A stretch of DNA of 64,000 nucleotides from Octopus sinensis (lineage: Eukaryota). The stretch is taken from contig NC_043003.1 in NCBI RefSeq assembly GCF_006345805.1, positions 109,616,001 to 109,680,000 of the forward strand, given 5' to 3'. The position numbers and the translations under genes were made by a program. The number at the start of each line of letters is the position of its first letter. Within the stretch, counting starts at the first letter, position 1. The notes beneath the pieces are model-generated. The model was given only the letters and a program-made list of their open reading frames with translations. It had not been told where the DNA came from and searched no databases. This document shows positions 49,219 through 62,663 of this stretch, piece by piece.

Positions 49219-49634
49219 TATATATATGGAACACTTAGTAAGTTTGAGAAGGGCTTTAATAAAGAAAAACTTATTCATAGAAAAAATAACAAGCAAACAA
49301 AAATCCTGTATCCTTTAAAAGACATAAGAAGCGTCTGTTTCTGATCAGTCGCTCGATAGATATCTTCTTTTGCAACTAAGTTCTTGCTGCTTTGGGAACA
49401 ACGTTGTTTCTCTGAAAGTTGAAGTGGAAGCTATAAAAAGAAAAGAAAAGAAAAAAAGAAAAAGAGAAAGAAGAAAGCCTGACATTATCTGGTTTCTTAA
49501 CCCGTTTTTACTCCCACCCTCCTCATTACACCACATAACACTACTGTTGCCATCACATTCCGTTTCGCCAAACGTAATCTAAAATGGTAAGTGGTAATAT
49601 CGGTGTTAGCATCCTCAGTACAGCAGCATCTGTT

Positions 49635-49877
49635 ATCTTTTATTTGTTTTGGGTCATTGGACTGCGGCCACGCAGGGTCGCGACCTTGAAGGTTTTAGCC
49701 AAACAGATTGACCACAGTACTTATCGTTATCTTAAGTCTGGTACTTATTTTATCGGTCGCATTTTTGCTGAACCGCTAGTTTACTGGGATGCAAACAAAC
49801 TAGCTACGGTTGTCAAGCAGAGGTGGGGACAAACAAATACACACATACACATTTTGTGAGTGAGAGTGTGTGTGTGT

Positions 49878-49908
<31 letters not shown>

Positions 49909-50075
49909 CGTGCGTGTGTGCGAGTATGTATACATATACACAATGTACTTTTTTCAGTTTCTGACTACTAAATCCATTCACAAAGCAGTGGTCACTCCGG
50001 TGACCAAGGTTCCCTGCAGTAGGACTGAAACCGGAATCCTGTGACCAGGAAGCAAACTTTTTACTACACAGTCAC
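49635..50075 (-). mobile_element. Old H2 microsatellite-containing SINE
   Basis: Reverse-complement T5 tail, (TG)n/(CA)n block, ttttcagtttctgactactaaatccattcacaaagc, and degenerate head. Confidence 0.7.
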
Positions 50076-51053
50076 GTTTCTGTCCATGTATGTTAAGGAA
50101 TTTTAATTAATTAGATTGATATCTGTTGTGTGAAAGAGAAAAAAAAATCATAAGCTTAATGAACGATCTTGGAGTTTTAATTACTTAAGAATTAATGAAA
50201 AAGAATATGCCTTAATGTAGTGTGACGAGATTTTGATCATGGGAACACTGCAAGTTGGCTAGATGGTTAAAAAACGAAAATTACAAGTGAACTACGATGT
50301 GCTTGCGGGTTCACTTGCGGTGCTAAAATAGCAACCAAAACTTTTAAATTACGCTTCTTCCTCTTAAAATCAGTAATGTCACATTTGATAATCAAGCACG
50401 TGACCTACTATACTGGTGTAGAAGAAAGAAAAGATAGTCACGTTTGGAATGTTTCTGATCACAGTCTGTTAGTTCTGGAATGATTTGGGGTCGGGCAACA
50501 ACAACTTCAATAACAGCAACAAGAAATTAGTTATCTCACTGATAATACATACCACCCAGTTCGTAAGACATGACTCATAACTAACATACGTACATATAGA
50601 ATAAATTAGATATCAACACCTTAATGATAATCATCCACTATACTCCTGCTTCCTTACCACTCTTGGAATATCACCCCCTACAGCCCCCAGCACCGCAACC
50701 ACCGTTACCATCGGCGCCAGCATCAACATCAATACCGCCACTGCCATCATCATTTTTAATATCACTGCAATCAGAAACACCAACGCCAGCATCGCTAACA
50801 CAAGAACCGCAAATGTCCTGGCTTCCACCACCCCCACCATTGTCAATATCGAGGTTATTCTGCATCAGTTGCAGCATGTATTTGTCTAATTATATTGTAT
50901 GTATGTGTGGGTATATGCTTGAATGCGTGCACATGTTGGTAGAAATGTGTGCGTACACAAACTCACACACATGCACACTCACTCAATCACAAATACACAT
51001 ACACACACTCATACAGCCGTTTGTCCTTTCATCTATAACCCTATGTGCAAAGA

Positions 51054-51123
<70 letters not shown>

Positions 51124-51720
51124 CTGTTGTGTCTGGGGAGAGTAATTTTCTTTTTGTGCCTTATAATTTAACACAATCACCGGTAAAATTTCCACTTATT
51201 CCTTATCTTTATTTTCCTAAACGTTTTGTTGTGTCTTGCAGCCTTTTCAATAGTCTTGACTCTCCTTATTCCAAATAAGTGTAAATTCATGAGAAAAATA
51301 AAAGAAAGTAAATGAAAAATCAAAGAAACTAAAACAAGACACTTTTCACTTGTTATATAAAGTCACATGTTAAATTGAGTCAAGACTATTGTAAAAGTTG
51401 CAAGACGCAACGAAAGTTTTAGGAAAATAATGAATAAGTGGGAATGTTACTGGTGAGTGTGTTAAATTGTATAAGGCACAAAAAGAAAATTACTCTCTCC
51501 AGACACAAGAGAATATGCTTCAACACACAAACTCACATAAAGAATCTTGCAAACCAAATCCAAAACGAAATATATATATATATATTAACATATGAATAGT
51601 GTCTTGTTTTAGTTTCTTTTACTTCCTTTTAATTTTCTGAAGTTACACTTATTTGGAATAAAGACTTTCTTTCTCTCTCACTCACTCTCTTCCTTTCTTA
51701 CACACACACACACACACACA

Positions 51721-51751
<31 letters not shown>

Positions 51752-51857
51752 CATATATATATATGTTTGTGTGTATATATATATATAACACACACACACA
51801 CACACACTCTCTCTCTCTCTCTATATATATATATACATATATATATATGTTTGTGTG

Positions 51858-51914
<57 letters not shown>

Positions 51915-51916
51915 TA

Positions 51917-51960
<44 letters not shown>

Positions 51961-52957
51961 CATACATATATATACACACACATATATAAACATATATATC
52001 GGACAGCCATCCTTTTACTTCTCTCTTTATAATCTTTGTTAATGTTTCTTTGTCTTCATCTATCTTGCTCTGTTTTCCTGTCTGCCTGTCTCTCTATCTC
52101 GCTTTCTCTTTCTCTCTCTTTCGTCTTCTCTCTCGTCCCCTTTCTCCTTTTCTTCTCTCTCTTTCTCTCTCATTTCTTTTTGTGGTCCGAGTCCGCCTTC
52201 CCCTTTGCACAGTACACTTTCTTTTTATTTTGTCTTCATGTTTCTCACCAATCAGCTATTTAAACTTGGCTACCAATTTAAGCATATATACGTTTTTTCA
52301 TCTCAAAACCTCTCCATCTGACGGCTGCTCGAAGCAGTTAACAATTCTTATTCACTCTGTCTTTAATCTCAGGATATTCGAAGGAAATTACGAAAAAAAT
52401 TATATAGACAACAGCTATTTATGATACGAAGCCTCTGTACATTCTAAAGGCGAGTCTAAAGGGATTTAACGTTAGTCATTGCCAATAATATGACACAAAT
52501 AAATGTGAAGATCATGTTTTAGGTGATATTTTACTGATAATAAAAGAAATATAAATATTTATTATGTGGCATAGTTCAAACTTTTATTTTCAAGAAATTC
52601 AGAAAACCTCTTTTGAGCAGGCAAAAGGCCAACTGTTGATTCTTTAGATAGGCGTGAGGCCAAGCCTTGAGCGGAATCGTTGCTCGCATTAATTATTTTA
52701 TCGAATAAATAGTATATAGTGGTGTTCCTTGTCGTTTGCAAAGTTACTATTGAACCAGAGTGATATATGTGACCGAGTAAATGGCTTATAATGTCCTTAT
52801 TTGGGTTAAACTATGATTAACTACATTCTCACAAATATTTAATCAACGTTCTCAATTTACAGAATTATGCTCGATAAGATGTTTCACAATAAATCTGTTA
52901 CAGCAGCGCCATCAGATAATATCTCTATACAATGATAATCGATATAGAAAAAGAGCA

Positions 52958-53290
52958 TGGCTCAGGATTAGAGCGTCGGGTTCACAATCATGCGGAAGTG
53001 AGTTCGATTCTGGACCGAGCTGTGTTTATTTCACGTTGCTCCAGTTCACTCAGCTTAATTGTAATATCACTGATGCCATGTTGTATCTTTTGCCACATTG
53101 GTGGCTGGGAGAGAGTAAACCTGGGTGTATTATGTCATATTTCCATAAACAACTTAGCGCAAACTTGTGTTTCGGAAGGAAACTTTCTAGGTGCCGTCCC
53201 ATGGTCCTTCATGACCGATGGGTGTCTTTACCGTAGCTGGTTGTTTGAATTCTCCGGTCACACATTACATCGTATGGAGAGTAAAAGAGT
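52958..53290 (+). mobile_element. Old tRNA-derived SINE, a third head/core type
   Basis: gcatggctcaggattagagcgtcgg..gagttcgattctggacc (A/B boxes), then tttcacgttgctccagttcactcagct. Confidence 0.5.
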
Positions 53291-53854
53291 ACTACAGAGA
53301 GAGTTAGCATAAGAGGTGTTAACACAAGAACGTAGGAGGCTTGGTGGCAGACTGATGACTTTCTGAAAAATAGACATTCCATGAAGGCGATTGCTATTAT
53401 AATGATAAAACTACATATTTATTGCTAATATATAAAAGGGAAATCTGGAAATTAGCATTCCATTCGTCATTTTGTATAAGCATAAAGATATTTGATAAAA
53501 GTTAAATTATAATTATTGTATCATGTCATATTTCCTGATATTACCCTCAGCAAAAGAAGTATACTTCCAAACTTAACTATCACGTGTCGGAGAACATTCT
53601 CGTGTTAAAAGAATTTTAGAAAATCAACGCAGTAAATGCATGTGCAAAACCCTGTGGCCAGACATTCGATGAGCAGCATATGTGCAGTCTACACAGGACG
53701 GCCATTTTATATACGTGTATTTCCTCTAGTCGAAGATTTGTTACGTATAAGGACGAGAGCAGCCAATTTGAGTTAAGCTACTGCAGATGCTAAACCAACG
53801 CTACGCCAATGGCAGAAGCCTCAATGTTTAATATACTAACGTAACTATATATAA

Positions 53855-54252
53855 CTAGCAGTATCGCCCGGCGTTGCTCGGGTTTGTAAGGGAAATAACT
53901 ATATAAGCATTTTTAGAGATGTAAAGTATAATAGCCATCTCAATATGGCTAACCACAAAGGGGGTGTGTTACTGTAGCTTTTTACGTTCTGAGATTTAAT
54001 AATACATTTTTAGAGAGTTACTTCCCTTATATAATAGCAAAAAAATGCATTAAAAATGGGAAAAAATGATGGTAATTTTTTTTTAAATCGTAGACTCAGC
54101 ATAGACGCGCGCTAATACCCAGAAGGGCTCGATATGAATCACGACTATAAAATACCCACTTTTGGTTACACAGCACCCCAAAATGTGGGAGTAGTTAGGA
54201 ATCTAAATCGTAGGAGACAGACATCACACAACCTCACTTTTATATATAAAGA
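53855..54252 (-). mobile_element. Complete non-autonomous Helitron (398 bp), family B
   Basis: On the minus strand: 5' TCTTTATATATAAAAGTG, 3' hairpin CCCG-AGCAACGC-CGGG (53867-53882) followed by CGATACTG and CTAG. The element sits between host A (54253) and T (53854) with no TSD. Confidence 0.88.
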
Positions 54253-55521
54253 TTTGTTTGTCATTTTATTGAGAGTTGTTTTGTTCGTTTGCAAAATTTA
54301 AGGAATTCAACAGCTAAACAATAAACATCAAGTCCGTCTAACGTTCTATGCACCAAATATCACTATTCCGGGATTGGATTGAAGGAAACATGCAGGTCAT
54401 GTTATTCCTTTATCTTCCGGCCCAAAGGGAGGAGGGCCTGATAACCTTCAATCACCTCTTTCCAACTTAGCCTCATGGAAATTTTCATACCTCTAATTAC
54501 TTATGACCTATTTCCATCACTCTGTTTAACACGTGATGGGATAAACGATATATATACACGCTAATCGTTATATGATTGTCCTTTCCCGAAAAATAAAATC
54601 TCTATAGGGCCAGTACTTACTTTCGTCTCGCATGGTACAAAGCCAACAAAAAAAGAATCTCTGAATTGGATCTTAGCTTATTACAGCTTGCCATGCAAGA
54701 GGAATAAGATTCTGCAGTACAAGATAAATTACTAATTCCACAGCACTGATAGTGCTGCTTCCAACATTAATCTCTGAGGCGTTACTTTTGTGAGCTCAAA
54801 GATACAAGAAGGTGGTACTTTTCTCAGCTAAGAAAGAAACCTCTATGTCACTGTGCGATCTGCTAGAAATAGCAGACAAATCTCCTTAGCATGATGTGAC
54901 TTGAGACAAATCTCAAATCACATCTTACTACCTTCAAAAAACGAGGAACATTTTACAACGTAATCCTGGGTTACAATCTGGCTTAAAGCAACTGTAAATA
55001 TATCAACAGATAACAAAGGAAAAAGACGATGATCACAGCTGGAACATTTATGACCACAGATCTGGAGCCAAACAACACCAGCAGCCTACACACATTTTGA
55101 TAGACATAACCTTTGACAGCCAAATGTCTCGGTCGTTGACACACACACACACAACAACGATGATAGGAAATTAATAATCGATACTTCGGTTGTCTGTACA
55201 TTGCATTATTGATCCAGCCATCTCTGCTCTTCCAAGCCACTGAGTAATAAGATATCAGTTGCTAACCCAAGTTAAATCCTGCGCCAAACCAACTTATAAA
55301 ATTAATTGGATAGCGTTTATAGAACTGAATTAAATTCATGCTAGGGACTCTGTCAACGTTTTCATAATCTGGAAGACTGAAATTTAAAACCAACCCTGTA
55401 ACGTATGATAAACGTTTAAACAGAGAATGTCTTCTTCAAATACACAAATATAGCAGAAAGATATACCTAGCCTCTTCTTCCGGTTACTTGACTCAAGGAC
55501 GATCAGTTTGCATATATTTAG

Positions 55522-55575
<54 letters not shown>

Positions 55576-55580
55576 TACTA

Positions 55581-55892
55581 TAGCACTCCGTCCTTAACGT
55601 GAAAGTGACTGAGCACTCCATAGACACATGTATCCTTAACGTAGTTTTCGGGAAGATTCAGCGTGGCCCAGAGTGTGACAAGGCTGGCCCTTTGAAATAC
55701 AGGTACAACAGAAACAGGAAGAAAGAGTGAGAGAAAGGTCTGGTGAAAGAGTACAGCAGGTTTCACCAGCACCCCCTGCCGGAGCCTTGTGGAGCTTTGT
55801 GTTTTCGCTCAATAAACACTCACAACGCCCGGTCTGGGAACATATGACCGCGAATTCAGTTCGCAGCCCAAACCACTGGGCCATTGCGCCTC
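55581..55892 (-). mobile_element. tRNA(Arg)-derived SINE, head/core H1 with tail T3
   Basis: Minus strand: gaggcgcaatggcccagtgg..cccagaccgggcgttgtgagtgtttattgagcgaaaacac.aaagctccac.aggctccggcagggg, then gtacctgtatttcaaagggccagccttgtcacac..actacgttaagg. Confidence 0.88.
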
Positions 55893-55964
55893 TACACGCA
55901 TACACACACACATACACACACACATACACACCTTTATAAACAAATATATAAGCAGATATATGTG

Positions 55965-56176
55965 TGTGTTTGTGTGAGTGTTTGTCCTCCTAGCATTGCT
56001 TGACAACCGATGCTGGTGTGTTTATGTCCCCGTTACTTAGCGGTTCGGCAAAAGAGACCGATAGAATAAGCACTGGGCTTACAAAAGAATAAGTCCCGGG
56101 GTCGAGTTTCTCGATTAAAGGCGGCGCTCCAGCATGGCCGCAGTCAAATGACTGAAACAAGTAAAAGAGTAAAAGA
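55965..56176 (+). mobile_element. T5 SINE 3' half following a (TG)n tract
   Basis: gcttgacaaccgatgctggtgtgtttatgtccccg..agcggttcggcaaaagagaccgatagaataag...gactgaaacaagtaaaagagtaaaagag. Confidence 0.85.
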
Positions 56177-56211
56177 GAGAGAGTATATATATCGTGTGTA
56201 TATTATAAATT

Positions 56212-56245
<34 letters not shown>

Positions 56246-56546
56246 ATGTGTATGTAGTTGTCAGCAGAGTGGAAGAAAGAGAAGGGGGGGTTGACGTGTG
56301 TAAGGTGATCTGACGTGATCTAGAAATCTTGGAAAGGAATCAACTATTTCGAGCGGAATCGTGAACAAACTACAAACATAAATAACGACAACCTCATCCC
56401 CACCTTTATGATTAGCAGCATTCACTAATACCCACATAAAATATTAGTAACAAAAGTAATAGCAATGACAGCAAACATAAACCAAGAACCCCTTATTCAT
56501 ACCCCTTATTCATACCCCTTATTCGCACCTGCAAACTTTGTTTCAG

Positions 56547-56663
56547 AAATAGGTCTCTCTTCCCAATTACCGAAGTACCATGAAATAGATACGTGTATGC
56601 GTTGCGTTTAAGATATGTTTTGTTCACCTGGCTGCTTATTTGGTTGAAATCAAATACTTTCAG
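56547..56663 (+). other. Candidate non-coding internal exon (117 nt)
   Basis: Acceptor ctttgtttcag| and donor cag|gtgaga are both good. All three frames contain stops. Confidence 0.2.
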
Positions 56664-57131
56664 GTGAGATAGTTAGAAGTAGCGCAGTGAGTAGCTGTGT
56701 GTCTGCAGGGTAAAGTACATTCATGTGTGTGTGTGTGTGTGTGTGTGTGTGATCTCGCTAGCACAAATTCGCACACAGTGCTGTCGACGCACGCACGCAC
56801 ACACATTTATACACACACACACATTTGTTATATATTTATACATACACAGACATATATATTTGTTATATGTTTGTACATACACACACATATGTTTGTGCAT
56901 ACACATATATGCATATGTGTTTTTTATACATGGATTTACGTATATGGGTATATACGCATGTATTATGCTTATACATATGCATTTGTATTATATGCCTGAA
57001 TATGTGAATGTATATGTACATATGGGTATATGTATATGCACATGTATAAATGCATATGATTTGTGTATGTGTGCGCGCGTGTGTGTATGTTTATATATAT
57101 GTATATATATATAATTCATAAATAAGGGCAT

Positions 57132-57164
<33 letters not shown>

Positions 57165-57863
57165 ATATGGTTTTTTAGGTATTTATATGCGTGTATATAA
57201 ATACATATATATACATGCATGCATTTCCACGAGAATGAGGCTCATTTCTACTTCGTGTCTTACTACCTGTCACTATATACACCTATACGCGTGTATTTTT
57301 ATCTTGACCCTGAACATCTGCCCTCATCACACTTTCCTAGCATTTCACTCTCACCCTCACCCGTTGCTTAATTATCCCACCCCCCAACTTGAGAAAATCT
57401 CTTCTTTTTACCCCACTCCCATTCCACTCCCTCTCAGTAGCCTACCCAGCACATTTTGCTGTATACATGCATACATGATACACAAAGTGACATCTACATA
57501 TATACGTACATAACGTTCTTGAAACGATCAAGCAGGCAATGAATGCTACAAGAGTCGAATTCCAAATATATACATGCTTTTACCTCAACAGATATGGTTA
57601 TGTTTCCCAGCATTTTGTCTCTCCTTTTGCCATATTTCCCTCTCACCTTCCCTCTTTGTCCACTCTTTCTTCTCTTTCCTCCTCCTCCCCCCGTACTGGT
57701 TATATGCGAGCTCACTCTTTGCTTGCTGTCATCCAACGCTGCGCCCCATCCCGTGTATTTCAATCTTTGCTTTCATCACAGAATCCTCTCTCTTTCAAGC
57801 CGCACTTTCTCCTTTTCTTTCTTACTCCCTTTCTTTCCCTTTTATTTCTTTCCCCCCATTCTC

Positions 57864-57894
<31 letters not shown>

Positions 57895-58146
57895 ATCTTT
57901 CTTTACCAAGAAGAGTCTGTCTATGTAGATGGATGCATATATGTGAAGGTTAATGTACGATCATATGCTGCGTCAGTTATTTTACTGGAATGAATGCAAT
58001 GAGCATTACTGGGCATCTTAGTTATCACGCAGTCTGGTGAGCACAATGTCCACCTGGTTGCGGACAATATGTAACAAGCTTAATATATAACGGACACATA
58101 CACACATCAGCCATAACATGCAACCTATCAGCAGAATCCAATAATG

Positions 58147-58195
<49 letters not shown>

Positions 58196-58199
58196 TAAT

Positions 58200-58333
58200 A
58201 GAACAATACACCGAAAAACCAAATATGGCACCCTAGTCATAACACCAACTTGAACATCCAGTTTGCTGTTTCTTGAGGGCTCTGGGAGAGACTGAGAGTC
58301 AATTTGTACAAATACAAAGCAAAAGCCAAACAT

Positions 58334-58338
<5 letters not shown>
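58200..58338 (+). mobile_element. 3' UTR end of an R4/Dong-like restriction-like-endonuclease LINE embedded in (AAT)n
   Basis: accaaatatggcaccctagtcataacacc..cttgagggctctgggagagact..tgtacaaat..aaagcaaaag.caaacat, flanked by long (AAT)n on both sides. The family label rests on my recollection of octopus repeats. Confidence 0.45.
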
Positions 58339-58391
<53 letters not shown>

Positions 58392-58418
58392 TAATACCAC
58401 CACCAATAATAATAATAA

Positions 58419-58984
58419 GTGCCCTGATGCAATGCCAGGCAGTGGCTTTCTTGGCTTCTGATCTTAACTGATTGGAATTGTTAACATGTACATGTTTTGT
58501 CTTGGTGTCTTGGTATAAAAGATGGCCTACAACAAATATTCTACTCAATACCACAGATTGGCTTTGTCAGTTGCTTAACATTCACCGGTTGTGCTTGTCC
58601 CTTAGTGTCTGACGATATGAGCATCTTTGATCATGAGCAGGAGTATTGGGGAAGCATCATAGACATGTGTTAAGAGGAATTCTTTAGGGTCTGAATAACT
58701 CCCCTTTGGAAACATGGGTGTTTCGTTCATCATCCTTGAGCAAATCCTATTCAGTTACCTTTTGAGCGGGATGGCCTACTCAACCTGAAGAAAATTCTAA
58801 ATAGGCCTCACCTGCAAGGTCATGCGATGTTTATCTTGATATGAGATCAACATGTTGCGCTCATATGGTTGTGATACACGTGCCTGGTATACCCTAATCA
58901 GGCGAGTAGTCATGATCGGTATAATGACCTTCGTATATTTTGTACATCAGTGTCTCTTTGATGGCATGCAATGCTCTCTCACTC
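58419..58984. mobile_element. About 566-bp dispersed repeat flanked on both sides by (AAT)n
   Basis: aataataa|gtgccctgatg ... ctctctcactc|aataataat. A second partial copy is at 20731-20889. No long ORF. Confidence 0.7.
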
Positions 58985-59209
58985 AATAATAATAATATTA
59001 ATGATGATGATTTCTTTTAATTTTTTCCTTCTAGAACATTTATGCATTCATATATTTTCCTTGCTAAGCTATACTAATACTACACACAGCAATCAGTTTG
59101 TCAAATTCTGACAAACTATAACAGAGGAAGCAAAACATTGATAATTCAACTCTGAATTCTGGTTCTGTGCTAAAAAGAAAAAAAGACAAAAGCATGAAGA
59201 AAGAGGAGT

Positions 59210-59244
<35 letters not shown>

Positions 59245-59245
<1 letters not shown>

Positions 59246-59400
59246 AGTAATGATAGGGTGAGAGAGAGAGAGAGAGAGAGTAATGATAGGATGAGACAGA
59301 GAGAGAAAGTAATGATAGGGTGAGAGAGAGAGAGAAAGAGAGTAATGATAGGGTGAGAGAGAGAGAAAGAGAGTAATGATAGGGTGAAAGAGAGAGAGAG
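59245..59400. repeat. Composite minisatellite: 5 copies of GTAATGATAGG(G/A)TG separated by variable (AG)n
   Basis: Read directly from the sequence. Confidence 0.9.
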
Positions 59401-59589
59401 AGAGGATTATGAATATGCGATGACAGCTGAAAATGTTGAAAAATTGCCTCTCATCCTGACTACTCATTATTTGGTCGCATCATTTCAATATATATATGTG
59501 GCTTGCATACATATATGCTTGTATGTATGTATGTATGCATGTATGTATGTATGGATGGATGGATGGATGGATGGATGGATGGATGGATG

Positions 59590-59816
59590 GATGTGGAAGA
59601 GAGTGTAATTCGGCAGGAGGACTTAAACGACACGCAAAGGTACAGGAAGCCCGGATACAACTACAGCCGGCTATTACCGGTAAAGGTTTTAGTTGCCAAT
59701 TCTGTACAAGACATTGTAGATCTTTAGCTGGGCTAAAAAGTCACATTCGATCACAGCACCAATAACAGTTACGCTGCGTGCAATGGCCATACTCGATAAC
59801 GAGGGGGCAGCCATTT
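59590..59816 (+). mobile_element. RTE-clade LINE extreme 3' end (terminal C2H2 fingers plus short 3' UTR)
   Basis: 'CGRECNSAGGLKRH..' (first Cys lost) and 'FSCQFCTRHCRSLAGLKSHIRSQH', in the same style as the terminal finger at 18345-18420. Stop, then ggccatactcgataacgagggggcagcca. Begins abruptly at a (GGAT)n tract. Confidence 0.7.
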
Positions 59817-61649
59817 TGTATGTATGTATGTCAAGGTCGGCTTTGCATCTCATTTTAGCGGGAAAATATAATAAATAAATCAAGATTTCGATGAGGTTTA
59901 AATTCAGAAGTTAAAGAACCTTTGAACATTTGTTCGTCGCCTGAACAGTTCAGCCCGTCAACTCCTCTGGAACTGACAGAAACGAGAGACGAAGTATATT
60001 GGATTATTTAGTTTGCGAATCCTTATCTTCTAAATTGAAAATCTCACCTAATTTGATTTCACCTTTCAATCTTTTGGGGAGAGTAAAATAAAGATCAAAG
60101 TGGTACTGAGTTAAGACCCCTAAATTTGCGGTATTGTGGTTAGTGCTGTGGGTTGGCAATATCATAAATGGAGTCGGGAATATGTCTTGCAGTTTTGTTC
60201 CAGCTCTTTACCTTCTGGGCTCAGATTTCATTAGGGGCAACTTTGCCTTTTATTCTTCCCGGGTCAATAATGTAACTCACGAGGTATTGGGGTCTTTGGG
60301 AATGAGTGATCCCCTTTCCATCTAAAATTATAAACCTTATGACTTATTTGGAAGCAATTATTTTTGATCGCCAGAGACATACGGACAAAATGTCAGGCGA
60401 CATTCTGCATCCTAGGGGTCGGAAAAATAAAGTACCGTTTGTTTGGTATCTTTGTTTCGTCTCGGGTTGCTTAAACTGTGCAGGCCTATGATGAAGAGCA
60501 TTCCAGCCATGACCATGCCACCTGTTTTAAAGTATGTTTAGGACCGATCATCCAATATGCCTTTTTTTCCCCAAAGAAATAATGTTTGATTTGAGGGAGA
60601 TATGACTCCTTCCTTAGCAGATCGAGGGACCAGGTAAATGTTCCTTCGTTTTTGAGAGTAATGGGTTTGATACAAATAAGCTAGGGCCCTCCAACGAAAT
60701 TTGAGATATTTTATTTTTTAAAATATTTTATCTAGTTTCAGCTCACGAGTTGTGGCCATGCTGGGGCATAATATTATATCAATGTTTCCTAACAGATTTT
60801 CTCGCTTGCTTTTCTCTCTCACCCTTCCTCTCTCGTTATTCGCTCTCTCTCTCGATTTTTTTTTCTCTCTCTCTCTCTTACACACTCTCACACTCATATC
60901 ATCTTTTCTCTTTTCTCTCTTCCCTCGCTTCTCCGCTTCACACACTCCGCAAAACTATCTTGCTGTATATACCTTTCGCTCTGTTTCTTTCCCCACTCAC
61001 TACAAATATATAATATGTACGTGTATGTACATGTGCGTGTAAGTATATGTGTATGTGTCAACGAATATTTGTGTGTGTGTGTATGTATATATATTTATAC
61101 ACGCACATACATTTCTCTCTTTCCCTGTCTCTCACTCTCAGCCAATCCGTTTCATTCTGCAACTTAATCCGCATTTACTTTCTTTCTTTCTTTCTCTCTC
61201 TCTCTCTCTCCCCTCCCTCTCTCATTTATACGACGCATTCTTACTCTCTCCCACCTTCTCACTGTCAATATCTGTCTGTTTGACTGACAGCCAGTCGGCT
61301 CTATCGCTCTTTTCATATAGTTCTATTGACGTCATCGTTGACGTCACTTATATCTTGAATAGCAAAGTAATGGCGATAAGAAATACATAGAAGAGCAAAG
61401 GAAAAGAATATGAGAACAAACAAACAAACAAAAAAAAGAGCAACAACAAAAGGAAAACAAAAACACAGAAGCAGAACTAAAGCAGAAAGTCTGAAAGGAA
61501 ATTGTTGATTATACAAATCACCGTTAACTTTCCCTAACTAGCAGCTTACTGGGCGTTCGTTTATGTAGTTCATCTCGGCATTTTGGTTTACATATTTCAA
61601 AATCGGATTTTATAATCTTATTTAGCGTGGAACACTTTATTGCATCTTT

Positions 61650-61744
<95 letters not shown>

Positions 61745-62361
61745 ACACGCCCCCTCTTTCACCTGTAAAAACATATGGAATCCACAGCCTCGCAAAAGTG
61801 TGTGTGTGACTGTACAATACGCGTGGCTGAGTGCATGTGTGTCTTGTTTGTCTTACAATTTAAGTATGTGTATGTATGCATATGCGTATCTAATTATGTG
61901 TATGTATGTATGTATGTATGTAAGCAGGTGTGCATGTATGTATGTATGTATGTAAGCAGGTGTGCATGTATGTATGCATTCTTGCATGTATGTACGTATT
62001 ATCGTGTCAGTAGCCATCTGTTGATTGTTGTTGGTGTCTTAACCAAATAGGATGTGCACACGACCCTAGAAGTAGTCACTTCTCTACTAAAGAGGTGTTC
62101 TTAACTACAGATAATGTCCGCAACAGTAACGGGAGAATTACAACGATGGCGGTGTGGTTGAGGTGGTGGTGGTTGATGGCAGGCTTTGTGATTATTGCAC
62201 AAAGTAGCAAACTCCTCATATAGAAAATTTGATACAGCAAGAACTGATCTGGGAAACATAGATCGTCCTTTCCAAACAGTGCCCTACGTAATTAATAATA
62301 ATTATAATAATAATAATAATAATCATATATATATATATATACACACATATATATATATATC

Positions 62362-62663
62362 GAGGCGCAATGGCCCAGTGGTTAGGGCAGCGGACTCGCG
62401 GTCGTAGGATCGCGGTTTCGATTCCCAGACCTGGCGTTGTGAGTGTTTATTGAGCGAAAACACCTAAAGCTCCACGAGGCTCCGGCAGGAGGTAGGGGCA
62501 ATCCCTGCTCTACTCTTCTTTCGCTACAGATTTCTCTCACTTTTTCTTCTGTTGGCCTGCTCGGTTAGCCAGCGGGATGGCGTCATTTGAAGGCTAAAAC
62601 AATGCGAAGCGCATTGTGACCAGCGATGTGTAGTAACATCTGATATCCTGGTCAGTCACGGTG
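62362..62663 (+). mobile_element. Full-length tRNA(Arg)-derived SINE, head/core H1 with tail T2, inserted in (AT)n
   Basis: A box tggcccagtgg, anticodon-like cTCGc, B box gtttcgattcc; no acceptor stem. Tail ggcctgctc..gccagcgg..gaaggctaaaacaatgcgaagcgc..gtcacggtg. (AT)n on both sides. Confidence 0.9.

Noticed and set aside
59245-59400. Constant repeat with variable spacers, superficially CRISPR-like
   Set aside because: Spacers are just (AG)n, the repeat is 14 bp and non-palindromic, the context is eukaryotic, and no cas genes are present.
59590-59765. Two C2H2 zinc fingers as part of the cephalopod C2H2-ZNF gene expansion
   Set aside because: No TGEKP linkers, the first finger is truncated at a microsatellite, there is no splice acceptor, and the motif style and 3' UTR match RTE LINE ends.
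62362-62435. tRNA-Arg-like sequence (also the heads at 19393, 23715, 38452, 52958, 55892)
   Set aside because: A and B boxes are present, but there is no acceptor-stem pairing and each continues into a SINE body. These are SINE heads, not tRNA genes.
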